IMG/VR virus record: IMGVR_UViG_3300037692_000167
Span: 1 to 41,641 of that record
Length of the DNA stretch: 41,641 bases
From: a virus
Lineage: Duplodnaviria; Caudoviricetes
Direction: 5' to 3' (one strand)
Under the pieces are notes generated by a model, which was not told where the DNA came from, did no database searches, and worked only from the letters and a program-made list of their open reading frames with translations. The number at the start of each line of letters is the position of its first letter. Positions within the stretch are counted from its first letter, which is position 1. Below, piece after piece: positions 9,510 to 18,651 of the stretch. Made by a program: the position numbers and the translations under genes.

Positions 9510-9710
9510 TCACACTACGTGTGTTCCACGTGAATCGTTAACGATCACACTCATCTGGCGCCGATATCTTGCGACCACATTTGCCACGTACTTCGCGCTC
9601 AGGCCCGTCAGTTTTGCGATGTCCTTGTTCGTTCTGCGCTCCGCACGTCGTCGGGCTTCGTCTCGCAGGATGGCGTCCACTCCGGGTGTGATCTTCAGGT
9701 GCGCGCTCAT
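9510..9710 (-). CDS. Small HTH protein (candidate late regulator)
   Basis: TNKDIAKLTGLSAKYVANVV HTH; last gene before the late region. Confidence 0.6.
   Translation of the reverse strand: MSAHLKITPGVDAILRDEARRRAERRTNKDIAKLTGLSAKYVANVVARYRRQMSVIVNDSRGTHVV
9522..9537. promoter_or_regulatory. parS-like site (degenerate)
   Basis: TGTTCCACGTGAATCG, 14/16 match to TGTTCCACGTGAAACA. Confidence 0.5.
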
Positions 9711-9988
9711 GCGATCTTGCCTCCCAGAGCTCGTACCGCCTCATCGAGCGTCTTGACGACGGGCACGCGCCAGTTCGCGAGCATGTCCAGTTGCGACTTC
9801 TTTCGACGGCGCTTGTAGTAGCCGCTCTCGACCTCCAGGAGCTTCAGTTGGCCGGACCCCCTATGTCGCACCAGCAGGTCCGGCAGCTCCTCGCTGCTGA
9901 GGCGTACGCAGTCGTAGCCGCAGGAGTTGAGGCCGGTGACGATGTCAGGCTCGGTGAGATCACGGCGTGGGGCGTACTTCGGCCTCAT
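9707..9988 (-). CDS. PD-(D/E)xK nuclease, VRR-NUC/resolvase-like
   Basis: RRDLTEPDIV...PDLLV...LLEVE...VVKTLDEA pattern; ATGA coupling at 9988. Confidence 0.65.
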   Translation of the reverse strand: MRPKYAPRRDLTEPDIVTGLNSCGYDCVRLSSEELPDLLVRHRGSGQLKLLEVESGYYKRRRKKSQLDMLANWRVPVVKTLDEAVRALGGKIA

Positions 9989-10173
9989 ATCGCGTCCTTC
10001 CCGGCTGCCTGTGGAAGCTCGCCGATGAACGCCAGCAGCTGATACGCAGCCTCGCGGATAGCGGCCTCGTCGATCTCCTGCAGGTTCTCCCGGCCGGACA
10101 TCGACTGCGGCTCGATGCTGACGATCTGCCCGGCTACATCCGTCACCTCGACTCGCCACCAGCGATCGGTCAT
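9985..10173 (-). CDS. Hypothetical protein
   Basis: Coupled ATGA overlaps. Confidence 0.6.
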   Translation of the reverse strand: MTDRWWRVEVTDVAGQIVSIEPQSMSGRENLQEIDEAAIREAAYQLLAFIGELPQAAGKDAI

Positions 10174-10385
10174 GGCACAACCCCGTATGTGTCAGCGAGC
10201 TTCATGGCGATGCTGATGCGCTTGCCGTTGCGAACGGTGAACGTGATGTCGAGCACTTCGTCGGCGGCCTTGCGTGCGATGTCGTAGCGCTGCTCGACCG
10301 GCGCAAGCGGATCCAGTGCGCAATCACAACCGAGCGAGCGGAGCTTCGAGAACAGGGCGATTTCGTCGGTGAGCTTGGGCGTCAT
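10170..10385 (-). CDS. Hypothetical protein
   Basis: Coupled ATGA overlaps. Confidence 0.6.
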   Translation of the reverse strand: MTPKLTDEIALFSKLRSLGCDCALDPLAPVEQRYDIARKAADEVLDITFTVRNGKRISIAMKLADTYGVVP

Positions 10386-11287
10386 GCGTACGCGGCCTCA
10401 GGCAGATACCGCGCCGGCTGATCGAATCGGCTGTACAGCAATTGCCTCGATGGCTTGTCGTAGTACAGCCGCAAAGCGCCGATCCAGTTAACGTCTCCGC
10501 GCTGCTTCCAGATGGTCAACTGCGAATCGAATGTCTCATCGTGCTTGCGCTCAAGCGATACGACCAGATCCGCCTGCGCCACGATGTCCTGCGCGCCGCG
10601 GATATCGTACAAATCCATCGGCTGTCGCGAATTGGCGGTCTTTCGAGGATGTGCGACGAGGTGGATATGCGCGCCGGTCAGTCGGGCGAGACGACCGAGC
10701 ATGTTGCCCATCTCGCGCTGTCCTTCGTAGTCGTCCGAACGCAGATTCAAGCGCATCAACGAATCAATCACGATGTGCGTGAGCTGGTGCCGCTCGCAGG
10801 CAAAACGCACGATACCCATGAGCAGCGTGGGATCGATCATCTCCGTGGAGTCGAACACGTAGAGACTCTCGTCCCACACATCCAGGCACCACTCCCGCTG
10901 TTCCGCGCTCGGTGTACGGGTGAGAGTTGCCGTGCACATGAACTCACGCCACACGTCTTCGGGCTCTTCCTCGAGCGACACGAAAAGCACGCGGTGACGA
11001 TTCGCGATGGCGTGCAGCATGAGCTGACGCAGGAACGCTGTCTTGCCACTGAAGGTCGGGCCGCTCCACACGGTCACTTTGCGCGGCATGAAGCGCACGT
11101 ACTCGTCGGCCATCGACCACGGCAACGTCAGGCCATCGGACAGCGGCGGCCGGAATTGTTTGATCAACGCGACCGCACTCGGATGGCGCGCCGTCATGAT
11201 TCGCGAATCACCCGTCTGCCGTCCGAGCTCCAGCAACCAGTCGTGGTCGTCGCGCGTGACGGTGAGTCGGTTCGCGTCTGGGATCAT
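10382..11287 (-). CDS. DnaB-like (SF4) replicative helicase without a primase domain
   Basis: SGPTFSGKT Walker A, SLEE, HIVIDSL, HLVAHPRK, IRGAQDIVAQAD, KQR. Confidence 0.9.
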   Translation of the reverse strand: MIPDANRLTVTRDDHDWLLELGRQTGDSRIMTARHPSAVALIKQFRPPLSDGLTLPWSMADEYVRFMPRKVTVWSGPTFSGKTAFLRQLMLHAIANRHRVLFVSLEEEPEDVWREFMCTATLTRTPSAEQREWCLDVWDESLYVFDSTEMIDPTLLMGIVRFACERHQLTHIVIDSLMRLNLRSDDYEGQREMGNMLGRLARLTGAHIHLVAHPRKTANSRQPMDLYDIRGAQDIVAQADLVVSLERKHDETFDSQLTIWKQRGDVNWIGALRLYYDKPSRQLLYSRFDQPARYLPEAAYA

Positions 11288-11598
11288 GGAATCACCGCCT
11301 CGAACTTCTCGCCGCGCCACGCGATTTGCAGCCGCTTCGGGTGGGATGCCGCGATATCCAGCGCTCGCGACGCCGTCGCCTCGTTGCGCTCGACATCGAG
11401 CATCACCCACAGGCCCGAGCATAGGTAGCACTCGTCAGGCTTCGGCAGCAGCAATGCCATGAACCCCATGCGCTCCCAATGCGCCTGCCGCCAACCTGAA
11501 TCCGTCACCGCGAGAAACGCGATGGGACGCTGACCCTGCTTGCGCATCCGTGCGAGCGCCGGCCAGTCAGGCGTTGAGGATCGGTAGTCCGTTCGCAC
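11284..11598 (-). CDS. Hypothetical replication-region protein
   Basis: Lies between initiator and helicase with coupled overlaps. Confidence 0.6.
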   Translation of the reverse strand: MRTDYRSSTPDWPALARMRKQGQRPIAFLAVTDSGWRQAHWERMGFMALLLPKPDECYLCSGLWVMLDVERNEATASRALDIAASHPKRLQIAWRGEKFEAVIP

Positions 11599-12250
11599 GG
11601 GCTGCCTCCTTCGGCCTCGGCTGATCCTTCAGCGCGAAAAGCCCGGTCCAACTGTTGGCGACCGATTGCTCCACCACCGCAAACTGATCGGCCCCAAATC
11701 CGGCCAGCTTGCGCTGGGCGGCCGGTATCGAAACCGGCTTGATAGGCTTGCCGACGGTTCTGCGATATTCGAAAAACCGTGTCCAGGCGATCGGGTCAAG
11801 CCCTGCTGGTTCTGGCTCCACGGAATTCGAAGCGAGCGACGGCGCGCTAGCGCCCCTCTCTCTGCCTCTGTCTGTCTCTGTCTCTCGCGAGCGCGCGAGG
11901 GGTAGCACTTCGCTAGCGACTTGCTCGCACTCTGCTAGCACGCTGCTAGCGCTTTGCTCCGGTGGTGGTAGCGCTTGAATTTCCTGAATAAACCCGACTG
12001 CGAACAACTCGGAGAGGTCCGGCGTTTTCTTCAAACCGCACCGATGCTGTATCCATGTCGGGTCGAGCGGAATTCTGTTGTGTACCCGCCCCGCCAGCAT
12101 CACGATGCAGACCGCTAGCAACTTGCTAGCATCCGACCAGCACGACCATTCGTAGTCGTCGGGCCATGCGGTATAAAGCTTCACCCAAGGCGGATTGCGG
12201 TCCTTGTAGTGCTGGAACTTGGCCCAGCTGCGAAGCTCGAAATACTTCAC
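11567..12250 (-). CDS. Phage replication initiator (lambda O-like role)
   Basis: KFQHYKDRNPPWVKLY N-terminus; C-terminal W..F.EYR..VGKP...EQSVANSWTGLF; internal iteron array. Confidence 0.8.
   Translation of the reverse strand: MKYFELRSWAKFQHYKDRNPPWVKLYTAWPDDYEWSCWSDASKLLAVCIVMLAGRVHNRIPLDPTWIQHRCGLKKTPDLSELFAVGFIQEIQALPPPEQSASSVLAECEQVASEVLPLARSRETETDRGRERGASAPSLASNSVEPEPAGLDPIAWTRFFEYRRTVGKPIKPVSIPAAQRKLAGFGADQFAVVEQSVANSWTGLFALKDQPRPKEAARANGLPILNA
11856..11977. repeat. Putative replication origin: seven 11-bp-phased GCTAGC-type iterons plus a pyrimidine tract
   Basis: Units start at 11901, 11912, 11923, 11934, 11945, 11956 and 11967; two more at 12114 and 12125; CT-rich tract at 11856-11886. 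Confidence 0.75.
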
Positions 12251-12441
12251 GCGCGCAGCCCTTGGGCGCGCTCCATGCGCTCAATCTGGGCCGGGGATCT
12301 TTGCGCGATCAGTTCTCCCATGCGCTTGAACGCCTCGCGCTGAAGCTCTTTGTCAGGCTCATGCGTGCCGACGAGCCGCCAGCTTTCGATCAGGATTTCG
12401 AGGCGATCAGCAGTCATAGAGATCGGCGCGCCGCGTCGCAC
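12247..12441 (-). CDS. Hypothetical protein
   Basis: GTGA overlap with the initiator start. Confidence 0.55.
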   Translation of the reverse strand: MRRGAPISMTADRLEILIESWRLVGTHEPDKELQREAFKRMGELIAQRSPAQIERMERAQGLRA

Positions 12442-12541
12442 GCGAATAGAACCCGGGGTCCAGGCGAACTACTCAACCGCGGCGTGCCGAATTTGAAATT
12501 CATAGACCCTCGATGCCGCGGGTGCGCGCGGCGATTCAACG

Positions 12542-12763
12542 TCAACTCGCGCGCTTTTCTTGCTGAACGGCGACGCGGAGCGCCTCAACAGATCCCACGC
12601 GGAAATCGGTGTCGCGGTTAGCCTCTTCGGCAGTCAGGAATTTGTTGAGCCACGAGTAGCTGAGGTTGTGTTTCTCGGCGAACTCCTGCTGCGACAAACG
12701 TCTGTCAGAGAGCACTCTGCGGCAGTCATTCCGGACCTTTGCGACCACGTTTAGTAAAGACAT
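12542..12763 (-). CDS. Cro-like XRE HTH regulator
   Basis: LSQQEFAEKHNLSYSWLNKFL HTH; divergent from the CI-like gene. Confidence 0.75.
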   Translation of the reverse strand: MSLLNVVAKVRNDCRRVLSDRRLSQQEFAEKHNLSYSWLNKFLTAEEANRDTDFRVGSVEALRVAVQQEKRAS

Positions 12764-12774
12764 CGTCGTAGTCC

Positions 12775-12833
12775 AGCACAATTGTGCTAAACAGGCAAGC
12801 AGGATGCTGCTGACCTTTCAGAAACAAAGTTCT
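12775..12833. promoter_or_regulatory. OR-like triple operator and divergent promoters
   Basis: AGCACAATTGTGCT (12775), AGCAGGATGCTGCT (12798), AGAAACAAAGTTCT (12820); minus-strand TTGCCT-17-TGGACT before cro; TACGAT before cI. Confidence 0.7.
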
Positions 12834-12857
12834 AGCCTCGACTCATACGATGGTCGT

Positions 12858-13244
12858 ATGGCCAAGGGCACCCCTGAACTCCGTAAGGTCGTCGCGACTA
12901 ACTTGCGTGCGCTGATGGACCGACGCGAGTGGTCCCAGGCAGACCTCGCCTCCAAGGCCAGGGTCAGCCAGCGTCACATCAGCAACATGCTCAACCGCAA
13001 AACGAGCGCGAGCTTTGAAACGCTCAACTCCGTCGCGGCGCCGTTTGGCATTCCGGGTTGGTTACTGCTGATCGACGGCCTCTCCGTGGATCTGCTCGAT
13101 TCACAGCGAATCCCCTTGTTAGTTAATCGTTTTCATGCGTCAGGGCCGGATGGCAAGGATTTGATAGAGCGCCTGGCTGAGCGTGAAGCCCATCACAACC
13201 TCGAAGCGCAGAAAATCCTACCACTGAGAAAATCTGCCGGCTGA
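12858..13244 (+). CDS. CI-like XRE repressor lacking the S24 peptidase domain
   Basis: NLRALMDRREWSQADLASKARVSQRHISNMLNRKTSASFETL HTH; 128 aa. Confidence 0.85.
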   Translation: MAKGTPELRKVVATNLRALMDRREWSQADLASKARVSQRHISNMLNRKTSASFETLNSVAAPFGIPGWLLLIDGLSVDLLDSQRIPLLVNRFHASGPDGKDLIERLAEREAHHNLEAQKILPLRKSAG

Positions 13245-13285
13245 CAGCGGTTTATCTCAGATCGCCTTGCAACATTCTCTGGTTT

Positions 13286-13334
13286 AGAAAAATACTGCTT
13301 GCATTCCTCTGCCACCTCGTAGCACTATTCTGCT
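13286..13334 (+). promoter_or_regulatory. OL-like operators at the early (PL-like) promoter
   Basis: AGAAAAATACTGCT (13286) and AGCACTATTCTGCT (13321) match the OR motif; TTGCAT -35-like hexamer at 13299. Confidence 0.65.
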
Positions 13335-13368
13335 CACGCTCACCGAACAGAGCGCGGAGGGACGGAAG

Positions 13369-13815
13369 ATGCTGCAGAGGGTCACGCGCGGTACGCCGCT
13401 TACGGAGCGCATCCGCGCTTGGGTGGTGGTGAGCCAAGTTGGCTGCTGGATATGGCAGGGCCGCGTGGACAAGGACGGATACGGCCGCATCACCGTCGGC
13501 AAGCCTCTGCTAGCTCATCGAGTTTCCTACGAAGCGTTCAAGGAGCCCATCCCGCGGGATCTCTGCCTTGATCATCTTTGTCACAACACCCGATGCTGCA
13601 ATCCGGCTCATTTGGAGCCCGTAACGATTGCCGAGAACAATCGTCGGGCTCGACGCGGCCCACGCCGTCCAGGCGCAGTGCTGAGCCACTGCCGACGCGG
13701 GCACGAGTTCACACCCGAAAACATCTATTGGACGACACCAACGAAGCGCGCATGCAAGAAATGTATTAGCGCTCGAAAGCGTCTCCGCTCTACCACGCAA
13801 AGAGAGGCTGCATAA
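13369..13815 (+). CDS. HNH homing endonuclease
   Basis: GCWIWQG..DKDGYG, AHRVSY, LDHLCHNTRCCNPAHLEPVT..EN, HCRRGHEFTPEN. Confidence 0.9.
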   Translation: MLQRVTRGTPLTERIRAWVVVSQVGCWIWQGRVDKDGYGRITVGKPLLAHRVSYEAFKEPIPRDLCLDHLCHNTRCCNPAHLEPVTIAENNRRARRGPRRPGAVLSHCRRGHEFTPENIYWTTPTKRACKKCISARKRLRSTTQREAA

Positions 13816-14130
13816 ATGGAAGCCAAGCGAACGACCCTGACTCACGCCCTGCGCGACGGCGAGCTTGAGCACGTCGTGATTGTGGCCGGCGAGCCCGTCC
13901 AGACGCACACCAGCCTGAAGGCTGCGATGTGCGCGCTGGCTCTGGCGATAGCCCTGACGGGCTGCCAGACGATGGAGCGCTACCCCCGCACGTCGGCCTT
14001 CATCGCCGCCTCCCTGATGGCCTCTGCCGCCCTCTCGCTGGAGAGCCGCGGACACGGTCCCATCGACGAGCCGCGCATGAGCGTGCCGCTGGTGCCGGAC
14101 TGCGCGAAGTTTCCGGAGTTGTGCCGATGA
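13816..14130 (+). CDS. Putative lipoprotein/membrane protein
   Basis: Hydrophobic stretch ending in the lipobox LTGC. Confidence 0.5.
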   Translation: MEAKRTTLTHALRDGELEHVVIVAGEPVQTHTSLKAAMCALALAIALTGCQTMERYPRTSAFIAASLMASAALSLESRGHGPIDEPRMSVPLVPDCAKFPELCR

Positions 14131-14402
14131 ACACCACCGACCGCACAGAAATCGACACGCACTACGAGCCAGTGCGAAAGCCCGACGCGGAAATGATTCG
14201 TGAATACGGCTTGACCGCTCGCCTCGCGCTGCGCCTCGAAAAGCACGACAGCCTGGACCTTGATGACGCCTTCGACGACGTGATGGACACGTGCGAACGG
14301 GTTCGTGATGGCGAGCTGAGCGCGCAGGCCGCCTCCCTCGAATTGTTCGATGACGGTTCTGCTGCTGACGACATTCTCAACATTGTGGACGGTGGCCAGT
14401 GA
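14127..14402 (+). CDS. Small acidic early protein
   Basis: About 24 Asp/Glu in 91 aa; coupled overlaps. Confidence 0.6.
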   Translation: MNTTDRTEIDTHYEPVRKPDAEMIREYGLTARLALRLEKHDSLDLDDAFDDVMDTCERVRDGELSAQAASLELFDDGSAADDILNIVDGGQ

Positions 14403-16149
14403 GCACCACCGCAACAAGTGAAGAGACGAGGAAAGTCTTCGCGGTCTATGACCGTTATTTCGACCCTCTCTACGCCTCGCAGGATCAGTGCCTGCACATC
14501 ACCGCGCTCGACAAGAGCGACGCGCTGAAGCAAGCCGCATCGGCGCTCCGCTGCGAGATCAGTGCCCTGAAGGCTTTCGAGGTGCGCTCGTGAACACCGG
14601 AACATCCCAGAGCAAGAGCGCGCCATGCGACCAGCACGTGAAAGGCGACGGTTCATGGTGGGCGCGAGACGTATCGCCCAGAAATCCTCACGGGCTATTC
14701 GCAGGCCGATGTAGACGAGCCCATTGAGGAGCAGTCGTGACCGACGCTCACCGACAGACCTATGAGCAGGTCGAACACGACCTAGACCACCAGCTCGCGC
14801 GACTGATGGCGGACCCGCTATTGGCCACGCGCGCGCTGGTGATGGCCCACAGCCTCGTGCTCGCGCTGGCCCCGGAGGCGAGCGACAGAGAGACGCGGCG
14901 CGCGGTGAATGCCGCGTGTGATGCGGCCGGCGAACTGGTCATTGAACTGGAGAGGGCGACACAGTGAGCGATGCGGACTTGATACAGCAGCGCGCATGGC
15001 ACGTATTCATCGTCCAGCAACGCAACTGGCAACTGTGGGCCTATTGGCTGCAGACGCAAGCCCGCGACATGACGAGGGAAAGATCGTGAACGCCTATCAA
15101 TCCTTGTTGCGCGATCTCGTACACGACCAAGGCGAGCCCGAGCACTTCGAGGCAAACCGCGTGCAGCTCACTGACCCGCAACTCGCCACGGTACTGGCGC
15201 ATCACGAGCACATCGTGCCCGAGGTAGCGGATGAGCAGGCAGGGGTCTTCAGGGATGCGTTGGAAAACAACAGTGCTCTGAAGCGATGCTTCGACACATC
15301 CCGAGAACTGATCGGCTACCTGTTCGTAGCCGCTCTGCGCGATCGAGCGCACGCAGTCATCAAACTAGACCTCGAATGCATGGCAGATGACATGGAGACC
15401 CAGCACAGAGTTGACGACGAGGTGCATGCATGAAGCTTTTCCCTCTTTGCGATGTGATCGAGTTTCGTCGAGAAAGCGCCGAAACTTCCGGCAAATACGC
15501 GGCGATGAGCGATGCTGAGCTGGATCTTGAAGCGCTGAAGCGCGCCCGCGTCGAATGCTTCTCAGACGCCCAGCAAGCCGCGATTGAGATGCAGGCTGCC
15601 AAGCAGCGCATGGACCGTCATCTGGCCCGCTGTGAGTCGCTGAAGCGGCAGATTGAGGCCGCACAGGTGTTGCTGGGAGCGCGCTCACGTGGCTGACGAA
15701 CAGAAGAGTGAGCCGCAACAGCCTGAGCATGGTGACACCGGCCCTCTGTGCGGCCTGTGCGACCACGGGCGAATGACGTGGTGCTCGCTGTGCCAGCAAT
15801 GGACGTCCACCTGCTGCCAGGAGTACGGCACATGCCAGTGCAGTTAGATCACCCGTCCAATGATCTTGACCTCGCGATAGCGCGAGGCTCCGAGGTGCGG
15901 CAGCTGCGCGATGCTATTCAGCTCCGCGATCAGCAAGAGGCCGAGGTCTACGGCGCACTCATCCGGCTGGCTGCGGAAATGGCTCGTGGCACCACGCTAC
16001 CGTCGGATTTCAGCGAGGATCATCCGCCGCGTGTGCGCCGAGCCTACTGGCTGCAACAGTTGGAACGCGCACAGAACACCGCGAAGGAGTGGGCGATCCG
16101 TGTGCGTAAACAAGCCGATGCACTCTCCGCACTGGAGAACGTCAAGTGA
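14399..16149 (+). CDS. Run of small coupled early hypothetical genes (14399-14593, 14737-14967, 14964-15089, 15086-15433, 15430-15696, 15689-15847 Cys-rich, 15832-16149)
   Basis: Overlapping start/stop codons and SD motifs; no recognisable family. Confidence 0.55.
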
Positions 16150-16646
16150 AGTGCGACCACGGAATCGAGTTGACCCTTCGCTGCGAAGCATGCGAAGCGG
16201 GGGTTATCGCTGGAGAGCACCGCGGGTTCGCGCGCACTCCGCCGGCCTCAAATCAGCGAATCGTTCTGCAAGAACTGGTGAACGCCGCAGCCGAGGTGTA
16301 TCGGATAAGTGAGCGCGCGACTCTGCCATGGCACGCGCTAGCAGGCGCCCTGAAGGACGCGCGAATTGTGCTAGCGCAACCGGTCGAGACGTCGTGTGTC
16401 GGTTGGCAGCCGATTGAGACGGCGCCTAAGAATCGGCAGTGCCTTTTCTGGGTCGTGTCGAAGGATCCAGACGAGTGCTACCTCGACACAAGCGGCAATC
16501 CCATTGTTGGCTCGGCGCCGCCACGCATGGTTTTCGACTACTACGGCCGTTGGAGCAGTTTATCGAAGGCTACGCATTGGATTCCAGCGCCAGAGTCTCC
16601 TCCGAAAACAAGTTGTGACGAGACTGGGAGTCACAATGGCTCGTGA
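16146..16646 (+). CDS. DUF551-like phage protein
   Basis: GWQPIETAPK...ATHWIPAPESP motif. Confidence 0.7.
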   Translation: MKCDHGIELTLRCEACEAGVIAGEHRGFARTPPASNQRIVLQELVNAAAEVYRISERATLPWHALAGALKDARIVLAQPVETSCVGWQPIETAPKNRQCLFWVVSKDPDECYLDTSGNPIVGSAPPRMVFDYYGRWSSLSKATHWIPAPESPPKTSCDETGSHNGS

Positions 16647-17157
16647 GCTGACCCCAGAAGGCGGTTTCCGCATTCCAGACGCGGAATATTATCCGCGCCT
16701 CCTGGCCCGCGTCATGTCAATGACCGTCCGCGACGAGCGCGGTTGCCTCGTCTGGCAGGGCTTCAAGCGGCAGTCCCGGAATAGCCGCACTTGGTACGGA
16801 CAGTATGTCTTCCGAAACAAGACGACATCAGTCCACAGACTCGTAATTGCGCTCACTCAGCGAGAGCCCGGCTATCGCGAAGTGGTGATGCACAGATGTG
16901 ACAACGGATTGTGCTGCAACCCTGCGCACCTGAAGTTCGGCACGACGCAGGAGAACCTCAAGGATGCCGCTGCGAAAGGAAGCTATCGGTTCCACAAGAG
17001 CCATTACACCCACTGCAAGCACGGCCACGAGTTCACGCCTGAGAACACCTGGGTCTGTGGCAGGGGCTTCCGGAATTGCCGCGAGTGTCAGCGGAGAAAC
17101 CAGCGGGAACGCTGGAGACGGAATCATTCGCCTGCCATTTCAGGAGAGCCTACGTGA
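16636..17157 (+). CDS. HNH homing endonuclease
   Basis: GCLVWQG, VHRLV, VMHRCDNGLCCNPAHLKFGTTQEN, HCKHGHEFTPEN. Confidence 0.9.
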   Translation: MARELTPEGGFRIPDAEYYPRLLARVMSMTVRDERGCLVWQGFKRQSRNSRTWYGQYVFRNKTTSVHRLVIALTQREPGYREVVMHRCDNGLCCNPAHLKFGTTQENLKDAAAKGSYRFHKSHYTHCKHGHEFTPENTWVCGRGFRNCRECQRRNQRERWRRNHSPAISGEPT

Positions 17158-17296
17158 TCGGCTTCCTCGGCATCTACCACGACCAAAAACCCCGCTCGGT
17201 CATTCTGCGGCCGATCACGCATCTGGCGACCGACCTGCGTGATCACCATTTACTTGCGCGCTGGGATCGTCTGGTGCGCCGTTGGAGAAAACGCTA

Positions 17297-17494
17297 ATGC
17301 CCCACTACCACATCACCATCCAGCCCACTAAGACCGAAACCTCGGCCGTGACACGCATCATCGAAGCCAAAAACCAGTCACGAGCGATCGCCCACGTTGT
17401 GGGTGACACGATTGTCGCGCGGCTGGCCGAGCCGGCGGATTTCATGGCGCACGCACGAGCTGGGAATGAGATCGAGACGGCGACGGAGGAATGA
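17297..17494 (+). CDS. Hypothetical protein
   Basis: GGAG SD; RIIEAKNQSRAIAHV; coupled to the ATPase gene. Confidence 0.65.
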   Translation: MPHYHITIQPTKTETSAVTRIIEAKNQSRAIAHVVGDTIVARLAEPADFMAHARAGNEIETATEE

Positions 17495-18651
17495 TGAAAC
17501 TGGAAGACTTCGCAACCGACCTCGCTGCGGGAAATCGCTTCGTCAAGGCAGGGCTTGGAGGAATGGCCGGCGCCGGCAAGAGCCGCACCGCGACGGATTT
17601 CGTCATCGGGTCATATCAGGACTTGGGCTACACCAAGCCGGTCATGATCATCGACAACGAAAAGGGCTCGCGCTTTCTCATCCCGCAGTTCAAGGCCGCC
17701 AAAATCCCAGCGATCCTCAAGGAGACGACCAGCCTTGACGACGTGCTCACCGCCTTCGAGTTTCTGCGGTCTGGCGAGATCGACTTCATCTTCATCGATT
17801 CGCTCACGAAGGTCTGGTACCGCTATTGCCGCGAGTACCTGGAGAAGAATCGCAAAGTCTTCATGGAGCTGCAGGACTGGGGAAAGCTTCTGCCGAAGTG
17901 GCAGGAGACATTCTCTGACGTGTTCGTGGCCGCCGCCGGCAGCGTCGTGTTCACGGGTCGCGGCGGCTTCAGCTACGAGAAGGAAGAGGACACCGTCGAC
18001 GACCGCGGCAAGGTGAAGAAGGGTCAGTTCGTGAAATCTGGCGTGAAGATGAAGCTGGCCGGCGAGACGCCCTTCGAACCCGACCTGAACATCTGGATGG
18101 AGCAGCAACAGGACTTGGCCGCTGACGGCTCCCTGAGCGTCTGGCGTGAAGCTCAGGTGATGAAGGACCGCTCTGGCCTGATCGACGGGAAGGTATTCAA
18201 AAACCCGACCTATGCCGATTTCCGGCCGTTCGTACGCTACCTCGTGGACGTGCAGACCGGCGCAGTGGCTGGCGAGTCATCCGGCCGCAACCTCGCGCCC
18301 GGCGAGAACTACGACAGCTTCGACTGGCGCCAGAAGCTCACCATCGCGCTCGACGAGATCAAGGAAGAGATCCTCAAGCACCACGGGCACGGGATGGATG
18401 TCGGCACGAAGACCGCAAAAAGCGTCACGCTTGAGGCGATTACCAAGACTGTCTTCGAAGGCGGCACTCGCTCTTGGGCACGCGTCGAATCTTTCCGCCT
18501 GGATGATGTGCTCAAGGTGCGCGACGAGCTGTGGAAGCTCACGCGTGGCCACAAGTACGGCGAGCAGCCGCCAGACCCAGCGCCGGAGCAGCCGAAGGAA
18601 GACGTGCTCCGGCCGGGCGCCAGCGACCAACCGAAGGCGGATGCGGCGTGA
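17491..18651 (+). CDS. Sak4-like P-loop ATPase (recombination)
   Basis: GMAGAGKSRTA Walker A, IDNEKGS, FIDSLT, FEPDL...KDRSGL. Confidence 0.75.
   Translation: MMKLEDFATDLAAGNRFVKAGLGGMAGAGKSRTATDFVIGSYQDLGYTKPVMIIDNEKGSRFLIPQFKAAKIPAILKETTSLDDVLTAFEFLRSGEIDFIFIDSLTKVWYRYCREYLEKNRKVFMELQDWGKLLPKWQETFSDVFVAAAGSVVFTGRGGFSYEKEEDTVDDRGKVKKGQFVKSGVKMKLAGETPFEPDLNIWMEQQQDLAADGSLSVWREAQVMKDRSGLIDGKVFKNPTYADFRPFVRYLVDVQTGAVAGESSGRNLAPGENYDSFDWRQKLTIALDEIKEEILKHHGHGMDVGTKTAKSVTLEAITKTVFEGGTRSWARVESFRLDDVLKVRDELWKLTRGHKYGEQPPDPAPEQPKEDVLRPGASDQPKADAA

Noticed and set aside
9485-9513. Sigma-E-like promoter before the secreted Fn3-like gene
   Set aside because: GAACTC-N16-ACCGA is only a weak match and cannot be supported by eye
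11901-11977. CRISPR-like or other repeat-spacer array
   Set aside because: 11-bp contiguous degenerate units without spacers, inside the initiator gene; no repeat-spacer array or cas gene was seen elsewhere
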